Made by a program: the position numbers and the translations under genes. Shown here one piece after another: positions 49,575 to 62,299 of a stretch of DNA of 64,000 bases. The notes under the pieces are model-generated. The model saw nothing but the letters and a program-made list of their open reading frames with translations, had not been told where the DNA came from and did not search any database. Source of the stretch: Pristiophorus japonicus (Eukaryota); the NCBI RefSeq assembly GCF_044704955.1, contig NC_091999.1, positions 57,970,001 to 58,034,000 of the forward strand. Direction: 5' to 3'. Positions within the stretch are counted from its first letter, which is position 1, and the number at the start of each line of letters is the position of its first letter.

Positions 49575-50345
49575 CACAGGAAAAATGGTCCAACCGTGGC
49601 TAACAAAGGAAGTTAAAGATAGTAATAGATGAAATTAACAGCCATGGAATGTTGACAAAAAGAGTAATAAGCCCAAAAATTGGGAAGATTTTGGAATTCT
49701 GCAAAAGATGCACATGCAACTGATAATATGGGAGAAATATAAAATTAAATAAGCTATCAATAATCTACAAACAGATTGTTCGAGCTTCTACACGTGTATA
49801 GAAAGATGACTTAAATTAGCGTACTTTACAATACAAAGGTAGGTGGGACAGTAAACAGTGAGGATGTAGTAAGGAGGCTGCAAAGGGATATTGACAGGTT
49901 AAGTGAGTGGGCATGAACATGGCAGATTGAGTATAATGTGGAGAAGTGTGAAGTTACGCACTTTGGTAGGACAAATAGAGACGCATAATAATTTTTGAAT
50001 GCTGAGAAACTGGGTAATATTGTTATTCAGAAAGACCTGGATGGCCTTGTACACGAATCACAGAAAGCTAACATGGAGCCAAAGTGAGCAATTAGGAAAG
50101 CAAATGGTAAGCAACATTTTATTGCAAAGGGATTAGAGTATTAGAAAAAAGAAGTCTTCATGCACTTATATGGGGCTCTGCTGAGACTACACCTGGTGTA
50201 TCGTGCACAGTTTTCTTCTCCTTATCTAAGGAAGGATACACTTGCCTTGGAGGGAGTGCATCTAAGGTTCATCAGACTGATCTGATTCCTGGGACGGCGG
50301 CGGGGGCGTGAGGCTGTTCTATCAGGAGAGATTGAGTATCTAATG
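49575..50345 (+). mobile_element. Old CR1 ORF2 fragments
   Basis: CAACCGTGGCTAACAAAGGAAG; GACAGGTTAAGTGAGTGGGCA...TATAATGTGGAGAAGTGTGAAG. Confidence 0.8.
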
Positions 50346-50994
50346 TCCATATTTCCTCGGAAATCACAACATAAGAACATAGGAATTGGGAGCAGGAGTA
50401 GGCCATATGGTTCAGCGAGCCTGTTCCGTCATTCAACGGGATCATGGCTGCTCTTCTACCTCAACTCCCCTTCCCTGCACTATCCATATATCTGAATGGA
50501 AACATATGCAGGGCTTCAGGGAAATGGCGGGGGATTGGTCAATTATACAAAGTACGACAAGTGTGGTCTAACCAAGTTTAGCATAACTATTGCACTTTTC
50601 AATTCTATCCCTCTAGAAATAAACCCGAGTGTAAGTGTTCTTCTTTTTATAGCTTATTAACCTGCGTCGCTACCTTTAGTGATGTGCGTAATTGCATTCT
50701 CAGAGACCTGTGTTCCTCCATCCCGCATAGGTTCTTATTTTAAACGTGATGAGTGACCTCCTTATTTGTCTTACCAAACTGTAATAACTCATACTTGTCT
50801 GTGCTGAAATGAATTAGTCAATTCATGTATTATTTTAATTAGTTGCAGTGTTCCACAGTATTTACACGCCGACCCGCCCGCCCCAAGTGCATTGGTAAAA
50901 TTTGGAAATTGTGTGTTTGACTCCAAAATCTAAATTGTTAATATAAGTTGTGAACAATAGTGGACCCATCACTGATCTTTGTGGGATCCCTCTT

Positions 50995-51272
50995 NNNNNN
51001 NNNNNNNNNNNNNNNNNNNNNNNNNNNNNNNNNNNNNNNNNNNNNNNNNNNNNNNNNNNNNNNNNNNNNNNNNNNNNNNNNNNNNNNNNNNNNNNNNNNN
51101 NNNNNNNNNNNNNNNNNNNNNNNNNNNNNNNNNNNNNNNNNNNNNNNNNNNNNNNNNNNNNNNNNNNNNNNNNNNNNNNNNNNNNNNNNNNNNNNNNNNN
51201 NNNNNNNNNNNNNNNNNNNNNNNNNNNNNNNNNNNNNNNNNNNNNNNNNNNNNNNNNNNNNNNNNNNNNNNN
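50995..51272. other. Assembly gap (Ns)
   Basis: Run of N. Confidence 1.
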
Positions 51273-52799
51273 NTGGTACTGATACTCCAGCTGACTGCTG
51301 CTACTGACATGGTGTCTGAGACTTTGGATATATTTCCTTTCCTGCAATATGTGAACAGTTACACACATTTACACAACGAAAAAATTTAACTTAACACCAG
51401 TTCTGTTATTGGGTAGATGTGTATATAAATAGGTCTTTTGACAATGTGAATGTTTTGAAGTTGGCTTCCAGGCATGCGGTCAGTAGTGAGAAAACTGACC
51501 TTTGATGGAGTGCACAGAACCCCAGATGCTTTCTGAAAATGACACTGGTGTTCGATGCTCGCTGACGGCAGTCGGTTTGGTTACTGCCAAATATTGTGCG
51601 GGTCAGATTAGCGTGAACAAGAATGAGAGAAAGATGGTATTTAACTATTTAAATATTACATTATTCAGTCGAACTTTTAAAATAAGAAACATTTTACATA
51701 GTATAACATCTCAAGAATGATTTTACGTAAATTGCATGCTCACAATATTACAAAACAGGATCGGAAAATAATGAATTGATCCACACGGTACCTAATGAAA
51801 ACTATTTCCAAATAAAGACCATTCTAAATCTTTCAGTCGATTTATTCAGTACAGCATGAAATGCTGGAGAGAGGTTTAATGTCCTCACCCCACACTGTAA
51901 TGAGATGAGTGGGATTCGGAAATTAACTAAAACAGGTTGAATTGCCTTGAATTATTCTCACAGAGAAGTGCCAGCTGCACTTCTTTAATATTCTCACAGA
52001 ATTTTGCGCCTGGTCTAAACTAATGTCTCCATTATTCGTGATTAGTAGCCGCGCAGTGTGTCGTGTAATTTGAAATGATTTGGATCCCTGAACAAGCCCT
52101 GTCATAGCCCGGCTACCAGTGGGTGGTGAAAGGCCCCAGATTGTGATCTGTTTCTGCTGGAGATGAAGCATTTATTCCTGTGATATTCTGCAACATATCA
52201 CTATGTCCTGATACACCGTGTTCCTGTTACCCGTGTCTGTTACACATTCGGTCGCTATTAAAGTTAGCTGCAAGGCTTTGGATGTCGAGGTTTGCTGATC
52301 ACATTATCGATTCTGATTCACCAGCTTCTCTCATAAAACGCTGGTCTGAAGCGGGCGGGCCCCACTTTCTTATGTGTCTTCGTCAACTCACTCCTTAATC
52401 ATCAGACAAGCGGACTTATTTTACAGCTAAATTTACAAACGGCTGTCTTAGAGTCACAGACTCAGGGGCAGTTAGTGAAATGCAGTGAGAGACAATTTTA
52501 TAATGTGAGGAATATGATCTCATCTCCAGAACAAAAGTGTAGCTTCAGCCAAGTACACTGTAAATAGAATCACATTACCCATCTACCGCACTCGGTTACA
52601 TAGAGTGATATCAATTCAGATTATAGGGGATACTTTATTGGTACAGTTGCATGGATAGATAGCGGGAGATGTAAAAGCACAAACTGGCAGTGTCTTTAGA
52701 TCCTGATTAGGTAATTCATTCTCAAAGATTTACATCCCCTGTGAAAGAGTGAGGAATAAACGGATTTAATTTACAGTCCAGATGTGAGTCCATTCTGTT

Positions 52800-52900
52800 G
52801 GTGATGTGGAAGGAGTGACGTGGATCCAGAAACCGCTTCTATCAGGGAATCAATGGGTGGCGCCTTTCACCTCGCCCCCATCACCCGGGTATTTAGCTGC
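52800..52900 (+). promoter_or_regulatory. IgH V promoter: CRE/decamer-like element, no octamer
   Basis: AGTGACGTGG at 52814 (and GGTGATGTGG ~52800) about 170 bp upstream of the leader ATG; TATA-like TATTTA ~52890. No ATGCAAAT/ATTTGCAT seen nearby. Confidence 0.55.
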
Positions 52901-52988
52901 CGGCCACTGGGAGCGCAATACAACAGTCTGGGAGTGGGTTTGCTCAGTGAGTTCTTGCCGGAACCAGTCACCACACATTGCCATGAGG

Positions 52989-53034
52989 ATGAGGTCGGCG
53001 ATTGCTTTCGTTCTGTTGCTGGCTTTACTTTCCC
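52989..53034 (+). pseudogene. IGHV: IgH V leader exon
   Basis: MRSAIAFVLLLALLS with a phase-1 donor C|GTGTGT. It splices to the acceptor at 53162 to give ...SRVQS|DVVLTQ. Confidence 0.88.
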
Positions 53035-53162
53035 GTGTGTAGATTTTATTGTCCAATTCTCTCATTGTTACTGTCTCAGTGAAAGTCTCTCTCTGGAATT
53101 TTACAGAGTCAGGAATCATTTCTCGAGGATTGATCCTCGGGGTATTTTGATTATTTTTACAG

Positions 53163-53482
53163 GTGTCCAGTCGGATGTGGTGTTGACTCAGCCCGAGGCA
53201 AAGACCAGGATTTCCTGAGGCTTCCTGAGACTGACCTGTAAACCAGCGGGTTCGATCTTAGCGGATATGGCATGAACTGGGTCCGCCAGGTTCCCGCACA
53301 GGAGCTGGAGTGGCTGGTTTACTATTACACTCCATCGAACAAGAATAACGTCCCAGGGATTGAGAGCCGATTTACTGTATCCAAAGACACTTCAAACAAC
53401 ATCTTCACGTTGGACATGAAGAACATGAGGAGCGAAGACACCGCCATCTATTACTGTGCAAGGAAGGACTACGGGAGTGGGT
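53163..53482 (+). pseudogene. IGHV: IgH V segment with D-like sequence fused at its 3' end; pseudogene
   Basis: [22 protein letters not shown][-1][17 protein letters not shown]...[22 protein letters not shown] followed by KDYGSG. There is a stop in FR1 and a 1-nt deletion after the first Cys. Confidence 0.93.
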
Positions 53483-53520
53483 CACGGTGAAATACAGAGC
53501 GAGCTCTCCATACAAAAACC
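53483..53520 (+). promoter_or_regulatory. Recombination signal sequence, 22-bp spacer
   Basis: CACGGTG + 22 nt + ACAAAAACC (consensus nonamer). Confidence 0.93.
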
Positions 53521-53837
53521 CCAGACAGGGAGTTTGCTCAAACCTGCGACCATTACCACGCCAGGAGCGTCGAAGGAACTGAGGCTTAAATAAAAATAAT
53601 TAGAAATAAGTTATATATATATATATATTTAAATGTGTAACAGTTTTCTTCTTTATTACTATTGATTGCCATGTTGAACATGCACAGATGCTTCAGAAGT
53701 ATTCCAATCATTTTTGTAAATATAATGAACGGTAAAAAATGAAATATCTCGCTGATTCACTCTTACGAGAGTCGGAATCGTGTTTTTAGAGCTGTGTGGA
53801 ATTTAATCTCTGTATTTTACAGTTAACAGTCCGCCGG

Positions 53838-53865
53838 AGTATTTGACACAACGTGTCTCACTGTG
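53838..53865 (-). promoter_or_regulatory. Recombination signal sequence, 12-bp spacer, in front of the (D)J segment
   Basis: AGTATTTGA (6/9 match to GGTTTTTGT) + 12 nt + CACTGTG. No nonamer-like sequence at 22/23-nt spacing. Confidence 0.75.
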
Positions 53866-53915
53866 TTACGCAATGGGCTACTGGGGACAAGGGACCATGG
53901 TGACGGTGACTGCAG
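53866..53915 (+). other. IGHJ: IgH J (or DJ) segment
   Basis: YAMGYWGQGTMVTVTA with the WGxG motif and donor G|GTAAG. Confidence 0.95.
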
Positions 53916-56900
53916 GTAAGGAGCATTCACTGATTCAGTAACACTTGTATTTGTGTCTTTATTTTATATTTTTGTTTATTTTAATAATTACTTTGTTCAC
54001 TGAAACTTGGGTTCGGTGGATTTTGTTTTGAGATTTTTTGCAATGTTCAATGTGATTCTGCTGCAAAGTGATTATAGAATTCAACTGTTTCTCCACAGAA
54101 AATGTTGTTGATGTGATTTGGTATTTATTTGCTGACGAGACTGTGTGTCTAGGTTACTTTAAATACTTAATGATTATTACACTGTTTGACGTTTCTGCAA
54201 TGTTTAATCTTGGTGACCCATGATTGCTGCAGTTTTTCTGATCGAATGCAAACATTGTGTTTGAATGTGTTTAAAAGAACATTGTAGGCACAAAGCAGAA
54301 AGCTTAGTGATCAGTAAATACCCTTAAGGAATTTTAAGTTTTTTCATGAAAATTACATTGTCATCTCCTGACCGAATGTTCCCGAATGATCAGATTCAAT
54401 ACGTGAGCTGTAATTAAGAACTGAAAAATTAACATATTTCCAGCTGGAACACATTTAAATTAACATTATTATAACGTAGTAATATCACCAATTATTATTT
54501 AAATATGCTATACTTACAAATTAATGTATTTAACATGATCCATCGAATCACAATTCTCTGTCAGTATTTTATATTTCTGTTGAATTCAATCATTAGTTAT
54601 TTCAGTGTGAGTCGGGTTCGGTGATTGTGTAATGAGATTTTTTTGCAATGATATATTTGATTCTGCTGAAAGGGTTTATAGAATTACGGATCTGCTCCAT
54701 GAAAGGTTCTGTCGAGGGATTCCGCCCCTCAGCGATGTGATTTAGTGTTGATCTTCTGAGGAGAGTTCGTGCCTGTGTTACTCAGAATACTTAGAATTTG
54801 TGAAGCTGTTTGGCGTTTCTACCATGTTTAATATCGGTGACAGCGGGTAGCAGCAGGTTTCTGATCGAATCCAAACACGATATGTATTTTGAAACTGTTT
54901 GAAAACAGTAGGTAGGCAAAGAACAGGACGGGTTTAGACATCAGAAATCATTGAAAGGTATTTTAAAATCACAATTATTGAAGTGATAATTATATATTCA
55001 ACTATTAATCTATGTTGACGATGCTGGTATTTTAATATGTGAAATGTAACTAGTTGCCATCTACATAATTAACTTATTCAGGTTGTAGTTGAATTAAATT
55101 ACTATTAACCAACCGATTATAATGCAATAATATCTCCGAATGTTATTAAAATATGCTATAAGTCCAATGTTCATTTACTTAATATTATTCACCTTCAAAA
55201 ATCCTGCTCTACACTGGGCACTATTAAGGGAAGCAGAAACTTTTAGAGGCTGGATACAGTTGTTAATTATGCCTGCAATTATTTCATTAACAACATACTG
55301 ATTCCACCGCTGTGTTCAGTTTGAGTCGGGAGTTCAATTACTTGCTACCTCCTGTTTACACAGATGAATGACTGAGTGCAATTAATTATAACTTGAAGCC
55401 GTGTTGCAAATTGCATTTTGTCAATTTAATATATCTGCCGGGGTGTGACATTCTCACTGTGTAGCCGAAATTTGTTATTGAATCAATATTGTGTGTTGTT
55501 TGATAAAATTATCACTAAGTTAATCTCGAACACTTTGCAAGAACAAAAGCTGAGAGAGAGGCATCGCTGGCAGTCAAAGAATTGTTCATGTAATTATATT
55601 GAAATTCAAGGCAGGTTCCGACTGCGTATGGCTGGAGAAAGCAAATAATCCATTGAAATTCAAGCAGATTAATTTACTTACAAAAGGTTCATCTGATTTC
55701 GAATTTGATACAAAGTCCTATCTCCCAAAACGCTGCTGTATGCGGAATAGAACGGTAGACAAAGCACAAATCATATCTGAGTGCTATGTTTAATTCTTAT
55801 TAATATTAAATTGATGAACAAAGTCTCTCCTCCATTTGCTCATTCAGTTTCAGTGCCCCAGATGGTCTGAATGAATTGTTATCCTCTAGTTTTACACTGA
55901 CCATTCTGGAAACTATTTTCAAGAAGTAGCAGAATATATTTAATCATTAACTTACGGGCATTTTGTGAATAACTGGAGTGTTCACCCATGAACTCATTGA
56001 ATGGCCTACTCCTGCAGCTATTTTCTATGTTTCTATGAACTTTAAAAGATTGTCTGTCTTATTAAGTAGCGGAGGCTCTGCTACTGACTGCAAAATGCAA
56101 GGATATATTTTAATTAATAAAAACTTTTTTGGGGATTAAGGTTGAGGAGAATATTTCAGCTCGAGATTCCAGCATTAGTAAACAAGCGGTTTACAGCCCA
56201 TCGGAGTTGTGACCCCGGCTGGACAGAGAACTATTTAAATTAGTCCACACCCAAATCCATCATGTGAAATATTCTCTGCGAATAGACGCAGATTATGCGA
56301 TATTATAAACATGCAGAGTTTAAAAAGGTGTCGGTCGAGAGCGGGACAATAGTAGAAATGCGTGATTATTGTCAATTATTCAAATTTGATTCCATTTAAG
56401 TAAAAATAAAGTATATTTATGAGTAGTTATGTATTAATATGCTGCTTAATATTGTAATATTGATTAATTGTTATGGTAAGTTAAGTAAACCATAATATAT
56501 CACAAGTTATCAGGCAGAAAAGGTTTTAAAATTATTAATAATTACTTGTATTTGTATGGCTGAAATTCAAGCACATTAATTTAATTTCAAAAGTTCCAGG
56601 TAGGTATGCTTCTGAGGAGGAAGGGCCAGACTGGCACTCAGATTATTTTCAATATTCAGCTAACATGAACATTAAATTAGAATGTAACATAAGTGCTAAT
56701 TCATTAAAACGTAAGCGAGCCCTTACAATTGTTTTGCATACTGGTCAGTATTACAATTATTGCAACATTTCAAGGGTTGGAGATAATGTTTAATTCATTC
56801 ATAAATTAATTTAGAAAACAATGCATTGATAACTCGGCTGTGCTGAGTTCGACAAGGTGTCGCTGCAGATTTTAGTGAATTAATTTCCTGTTTTGCCGCG

Positions 56901-58769
56901 ATGATATTACAGGTTATATTTACTGATGAAAACATATAAAATCAGTGGGTGATTAGGTATCACTGTATATGTCTCCTGGATTGCGACATTCTTACTCTGT
57001 CACCGAGTCCCGTGTGACGGGCAGACAATTCCCGTGGAATGTGAATTATTTCCAGATACTTGCTTTCAGGGAAGTTAATCTTTGCACGGTTTACAAGATA
57101 GTTGACAGAGATGGGGAAATGGCTGGATGTTGAAGAGTCTCTCAAATTAATATCACATTAATTTCAAAGAATCTGCAGCGTTGAGGTGGTTGGAAATTGA
57201 CAAGAAATAAACTAGAAATCAAACAACTTCATTGAAATTAAAAGATTGAACTGGTCTCTCTCTGCCTGGAGCACCCTTGTTACACCGTTTGTGTCTGTTC
57301 TGTTTATGTGCGCCTGCTCACTGTGTGAGAATCAGGAGTCCTCCTGACGGGTTGTAAACCTTCGGGGTTGTGATCCTGTATTGCGGGGAGTGTCACTTAA
57401 TTCAGTTATTTAAGAAACTGGTATATGTGAGAAACGTGAAAGATTGACTTTAAGGTTGAGGAGTCGCCGTAGAAATGAGATCAGTAACCCAGATTGTGAC
57501 AGTCAGAAGGAGCAGTTCCGAAACACTACGGTGAGACAGTCGAAGGAGCTTTAATCAGTTTCTAACCCGGTTGTACCTGCCCTGACAGTGTTTGATAGGA
57601 AGCTTTACTCTGCAACTAACCCGTGCGTTATCTTATCTGGCAGTGCTTTATGGGACATTGCAGAGATAGCTTTAATCAGTATTTAACCTTTTCTTTACAA
57701 GGACGTGGAACTTAATTGCGTCCTTCAATATAGAATGATCTTCTATTTAATCAGAGCTTTGGAGGGGTGGTGCGCTTTAATGGGAGAGTGTATTGGAAGC
57801 TTTTCTTTGTACTCGTCATAATTGTGCTTAATTAATCGGTCAATTTGATAACACATTTTATGGGGAGACATTTCGTAGCACATCTCTGCAGTACTTGAGC
57901 TGGGAATGTTTGACGGGATAGTATAGATAACATATTACTCTGTGTGCAACACTTGCTATACCTGTCCTGACCACACGGCAGCATAGCGGGAGCTTTGCTC
58001 TCTTATCCGTGCTGTATCTGACCTGAGAGTGCTTGGTCAGGCAGTGTTCTAGTCATCGTTATCTGCGACTAACAGATAGCAGATAAACTGCTCGTGCCAG
58101 ATATATACAATAATTCGTCCCATTGCCCAGATTAAAAAGCGCACATTCTTTGATGTTTATATTCTTTCTGAAAAAATGCCCAATTTTTAATGAGTTATTA
58201 ATGTTTGAACATTTTGAGCATCAGATTACTAATGAACATGATTGGCCTGATCCTCAGCTCACTTTCAGAACAAACAGTTTGAGGAAGTGAATAACGCTCC
58301 AGAAAGCAGCGCCTGTTCTGATCTGATGGGAGGTTACAAGTTATTTCCACAATTAAAATAGAGAATATCGAGACTCCCACTTCAAATAACCGTCATGGGG
58401 ACCTCATGTTTAGAAACATTATGTTGTCCAATTCTTCCTGAGAAGGTTAAAGGCAGGGACAAACTGTGACGAGATGCAGCTAATAGCCTGGGTCACAACA
58501 CAAGGCACACAGTCACTGGGCTGCAATTCTGTGAATCATTTAAAGAGAGAGAGTCAACCTGCAATACGTCATCATTCGCAATGAATTTAAGCCTTTCTAA
58601 CAGCATGCGATTGACTAATTTGCGTCAGATTCATAAGATCCCTTTATTTTAAATATCCTCTTTCATTATAACGAACAATAAAAATAGATCTGGTAGAGGT
58701 ATCGAAAATATGAAGTGTTTCCTTCCATGAAATCTAGAAGAACTATTCCCACTGACTCGTGTAGACTGA

Positions 58770-59680
58770 TAGCATCTCACAGCATTGGAAGAGGCCATTC
58801 AGGCATTGTGCCTGTGCCGGCTCTGAAAGAGCTGTCCAATTTAGTCCAACTCCCCAGAGTTAACATTATAAACGTGCAAATGAGTCCTCCTGACGTACAG
58901 GAGATACTGCCTGGAGCATTCCTGAAATTACCAACCCTCTGTGTGAAAAAAATCACCTGAATTTTACCTTCTGATCTTTTCACAATTATTTTAAAACTGC
59001 GACATTTGGTTACCCACCTATTTTCCAGCGGAACAATTTCTCCCGAGTTAGTATATCAAAACCTGACATAATGTTGAATATCTCTCTTAGGTCTCCTCTT
59101 AACCTCTGCTCTAAGGAGAATATCCCAGCTTCTCCAATCTTTCGACATAACTGAAGACCCCATCCCTGGCATCATCCAGCTAAAAGCCTTCCCTTTACAC
59201 TCCCCAAGGGCTTGACATCCTTCCTACATTGTGGTTACAAAATTGTACGCAATAGTCCAGCTGAAGCCTAACACGTGATCTGTAAGTTTAGCATAACCAC
59301 CTTGATTTTGTAGTGAATGCCCCATTTACAAAGTCAAGTATCCCATACGCTTTCCTAACAGCCTTACCAGTTTGCCCTGCCATCTTCAAAGATTTGTGAA
59401 TATGTACATCCAGATCTCTCTATTCGTGCATCCCCTCAAAATAATACTATTTAGATTATACTGCCTCTCCAACTTCCACCCAATCTGCATCGCTTCTCAA
59501 TGATTCGCATTTAATTGTAATTGCCATGTCCCAGCCTATTTCACTGGTCCATCTGTCTCCTCATGGAGTCTGCTGCTATCATGCTCACTATTCTCTACGT
59601 TGCCAGGTTTTGCATTATTTTTGAACTTCGAAATTGTATTCCCTGTAACCAAGTCCATGTCATTGTTATACAACAAGAAC
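58770..59680 (-). mobile_element. Old CR1 3' fragment in the J-C intron
   Basis: Minus strand FFTQRVGNFRNAP, with degenerate CR1 RT C-terminal sequence. Confidence 0.75.
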
Positions 59681-60443
59681 AACAATGGGAATTGAAACGG
59701 GCCATTTAAGGAGTAACTTCAAATTAATCGGATTTTGGAATGGTATTTTATTCGGATTATTAATTGAGTGGCAGGAAGCAGGCTACTCAAGAGACATGCA
59801 TATAATAGGATGGAATAGAGCTCAGATCACAGTGCGCTGAAGGACATCGCTCTCCCTCAAATGCTGAGAAAATAAGGAATAAATTCGACTCAATCGCGGT
59901 TCATTTACAACTTGCATCTTAGAAACTAGACTATGGAAATGCTACCTGTTGAATTATGTGGTAGGCAAGTTTGGAGGGTTTTTTGCTAACGTCCGAAGCA
60001 GGAATTCCGATGTTACTTTGAAGTGCAGTCACTGTTGTTTTGTACTGATAAACCGCAGGCAACGTGCACAGAGCAAATTTCCCCAAACTGCAATTAAATA
60101 AAGGACAAGAAATGGTGCTGATTGAGAAATAAATGCAGGCCGAAATAACAGGAACATTTCTCTGTTTTGCTATTGTATGATCCAATGAAGGCGTCTTTAT
60201 TGACGAGTTGTGCAAAGGTTCTTGTTGTGTAATGTGATAGAGCTCGGTGATAGAGAGGTGCGTTCCTGACCAGCGCATTGACAAGTGCTTACGATAGAAC
60301 TGACAGAAGCTCAAATGCCTGTGTAGTCTTTGATGGAGAAATGGTGGAATTAGTTTATTCTGCAGTCAAATTTCGATTTGTTTATTTCTTTTATAAGCAC
60401 GGATTACAGAGTCTAACTTGTTCAATGGGCCATTCCTTCCCAG

Positions 60444-60742
60444 TAACACGGTCTCCCCCCACCCTCTGCGCCCTGTTCCCTCCTGTGAACAACCCAGCAC
60501 CGATGGCTCCATCACGTAGGGCTGTTTGGTGATGGACTACTCCCCTGACATCATCAGACTTTTCTGGAAGGAAGATAAAGAGCCGATCACCACTGGATTG
60601 AAGATCTACCCGTCATTGATCAAAAAGAATTGAGCCTACACACTGAGCAGCCAGTTAACCATCACCGAGTCCGAGTTGGGGAGCAGCACAATTTGCTGCG
60701 AGGTTCGACGTGGTGGATCGGTGTGGAACATCACAATGTCAG
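60444..60742 (+). pseudogene. IGHM: IgM heavy-chain CH1 exon (disrupted)
   Basis: [30 protein letters not shown]...[53 protein letters not shown] matches shark IgM CH1. AG/GT boundaries are present, with one frameshift and two stops. Confidence 0.92.
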
Positions 60743-60809
60743 GTTAATGATGTGAGATACAGGGCAAACTCTGATAAGGTGAGAAGTTATGTTCAACTTG
60801 TATAGAAAC

Positions 60810-61110
60810 TTGGTTAGACAACAGTTAGAGTATTGTGCATAGTTCTGGTCTCCATATAATACTTAGAATACTGTGCACAGTTCTAGTTTCCTTATCACAT
60901 TTAGAATATTGTTTACAATTCTGCTTTCCTTCTCATACTTAGAATACTGTGTGAACTTCTGGTCTCCATATCATACTTAGAATAGTATGCACAGCTCTGG
61001 TCTCCCTATCACACTTAGAATACTGTGCATGGTTCTGGTCCCCATATCGCACTTAGAATATTATGCACAGTTCTGGTCTGCATATTACACTGAGTATACT
61101 GTGCACAATC
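60810..61110. repeat. ~40-bp minisatellite amplified from a CR1 RT segment
   Basis: About 8 copies of CACTTAGAATACTGTGCACAGTTCTGGTCTCCATAT (HLEYCAQFWSP), continuing from CR1 sequence at ~60780. Confidence 0.8.
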
Positions 61111-61206
61111 TTGCTCTCTTCAAATGCCAGGTTAGTGTGAATCTGACAGCAAAGAACTTGTTAAAATATAAGGACACTTTGCATTTCTTAATCATTTATT
61201 TTACAA

Positions 61207-61554
61207 GCAATGTCAATAAAATGCCTTCTCGTAAACGTCCTGAACGGATCATCGTTCCTCCAATTGTTCTCCTCTTGCTAAGCTCCACTGAACAAATCAT
61301 CAGCAGCAGATATGCAAGCGCCATGTGTTCAATCATCGAATTAAGGCCAAAGTCACTGACCATGAATTGGCTGAAGAGTGAACAACTCCTGGATTCGGGC
61401 TTCACCACCTCTCCCGCCTTTGAGATGAACAGAAACGTTTTGACGGCCAGTCGGCTGACACTCCCCGACAGGGAATGGTTCACCGGCTCGGTCTACACCT
61501 GCCAGGTCACTCATGAATGGGGCACACAAAGCCGTAACTTCAGCAGATCTCAGG
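61207..61554 (+). pseudogene. IGHM: IgM CH2 exon (frame open, in-phase acceptor not evident)
   Basis: PPIVLLLLSSTEQIISSRYASAMCSII...WLKSEQLLDSGFTTSP...EWFTGSVYTCQVTH..TQSRNFSRSQ, donor G|GTAAGA. The 5' boundary is approximate. Confidence 0.88.
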
Positions 61555-61689
61555 GTAAGAGGCACAATCCAGGGAGGTTCCAGACCATTCTGAGCGTTGA
61601 TCTCAGTCAGGACTTTGATTGAAATTAGTAGAAAGCAGAGGAATATTCCTAATTTCCAATCATGCAGTTTGTGTATTCTTGCGATACAA

Positions 61690-62120
61690 TGTTGCCTTTA
61701 TACAGCGCCTTCAGCGACCACAGACTGAACCAAAGCGCTTGCCAGGCAATGAATTAAGTTGTGAAATGTGGTCACAGTTGTAATGTATAAAGTGCAGCAG
61801 TCATTTAGTGCACAGCAAGCTCCCACAAACAGCAGTGTGATAACGACTATTTTTTTTGTTTAGTGTTATTTCTTGAGGTATTAATATTCCCAGGACACCA
61901 GGGAGAACTCCTCTGCTTTTCATTGAAATAATTCCAGGGGAACTTTTACCTCCACCTGAGAGGCTAGACGGATTCTTGGTTTAACACATGATCCGAAATA
62001 CGGCACCTCTGACAATGCACCACGCCCCCAGTACTGCACTGAGAGACTCAGCTTACATACTGTGATCAAATAACTGGAGTGAGACTTCAACCCACGATCT
62101 TCTGGTTCAGGATTCCTCAT
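61690..62120 (-). mobile_element. tRNA-derived Deu-type SINE
   Basis: Reverse-complement homolog of 43660-44095 (GCACAGCAAGCTCCCACAAACAGC, CCCAGGACACCAGGGAGAACTCC). Confidence 0.7.
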
Positions 62121-62299
62121 TGCTCAGGGTTTATTATCCTCGCCAAAGAAGCTTTCCCCTTGCTCTGGTGTCAGGCAGTGAGTGAAGTGTCCTTAGTCTC
62201 AGGTATATCCTGAGTTGGCTGATCATATACGGAATGGCAATAGGAGTCTGGAATCCTTTAATGCTAACTGTCCAGGAACCCACTGCAAGAATGGGCATC

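Noticed and set aside
50862-51389. ORFs containing poly-X
   Set aside because: Artefacts of the N gap.
53521-53837. Hidden free D segment between V and J
   Set aside because: No CACTGTG...CACAGTG-flanked segment was found. TGTTTTTAG at ~53781 has no heptamer at 12 or 22/23 spacing.
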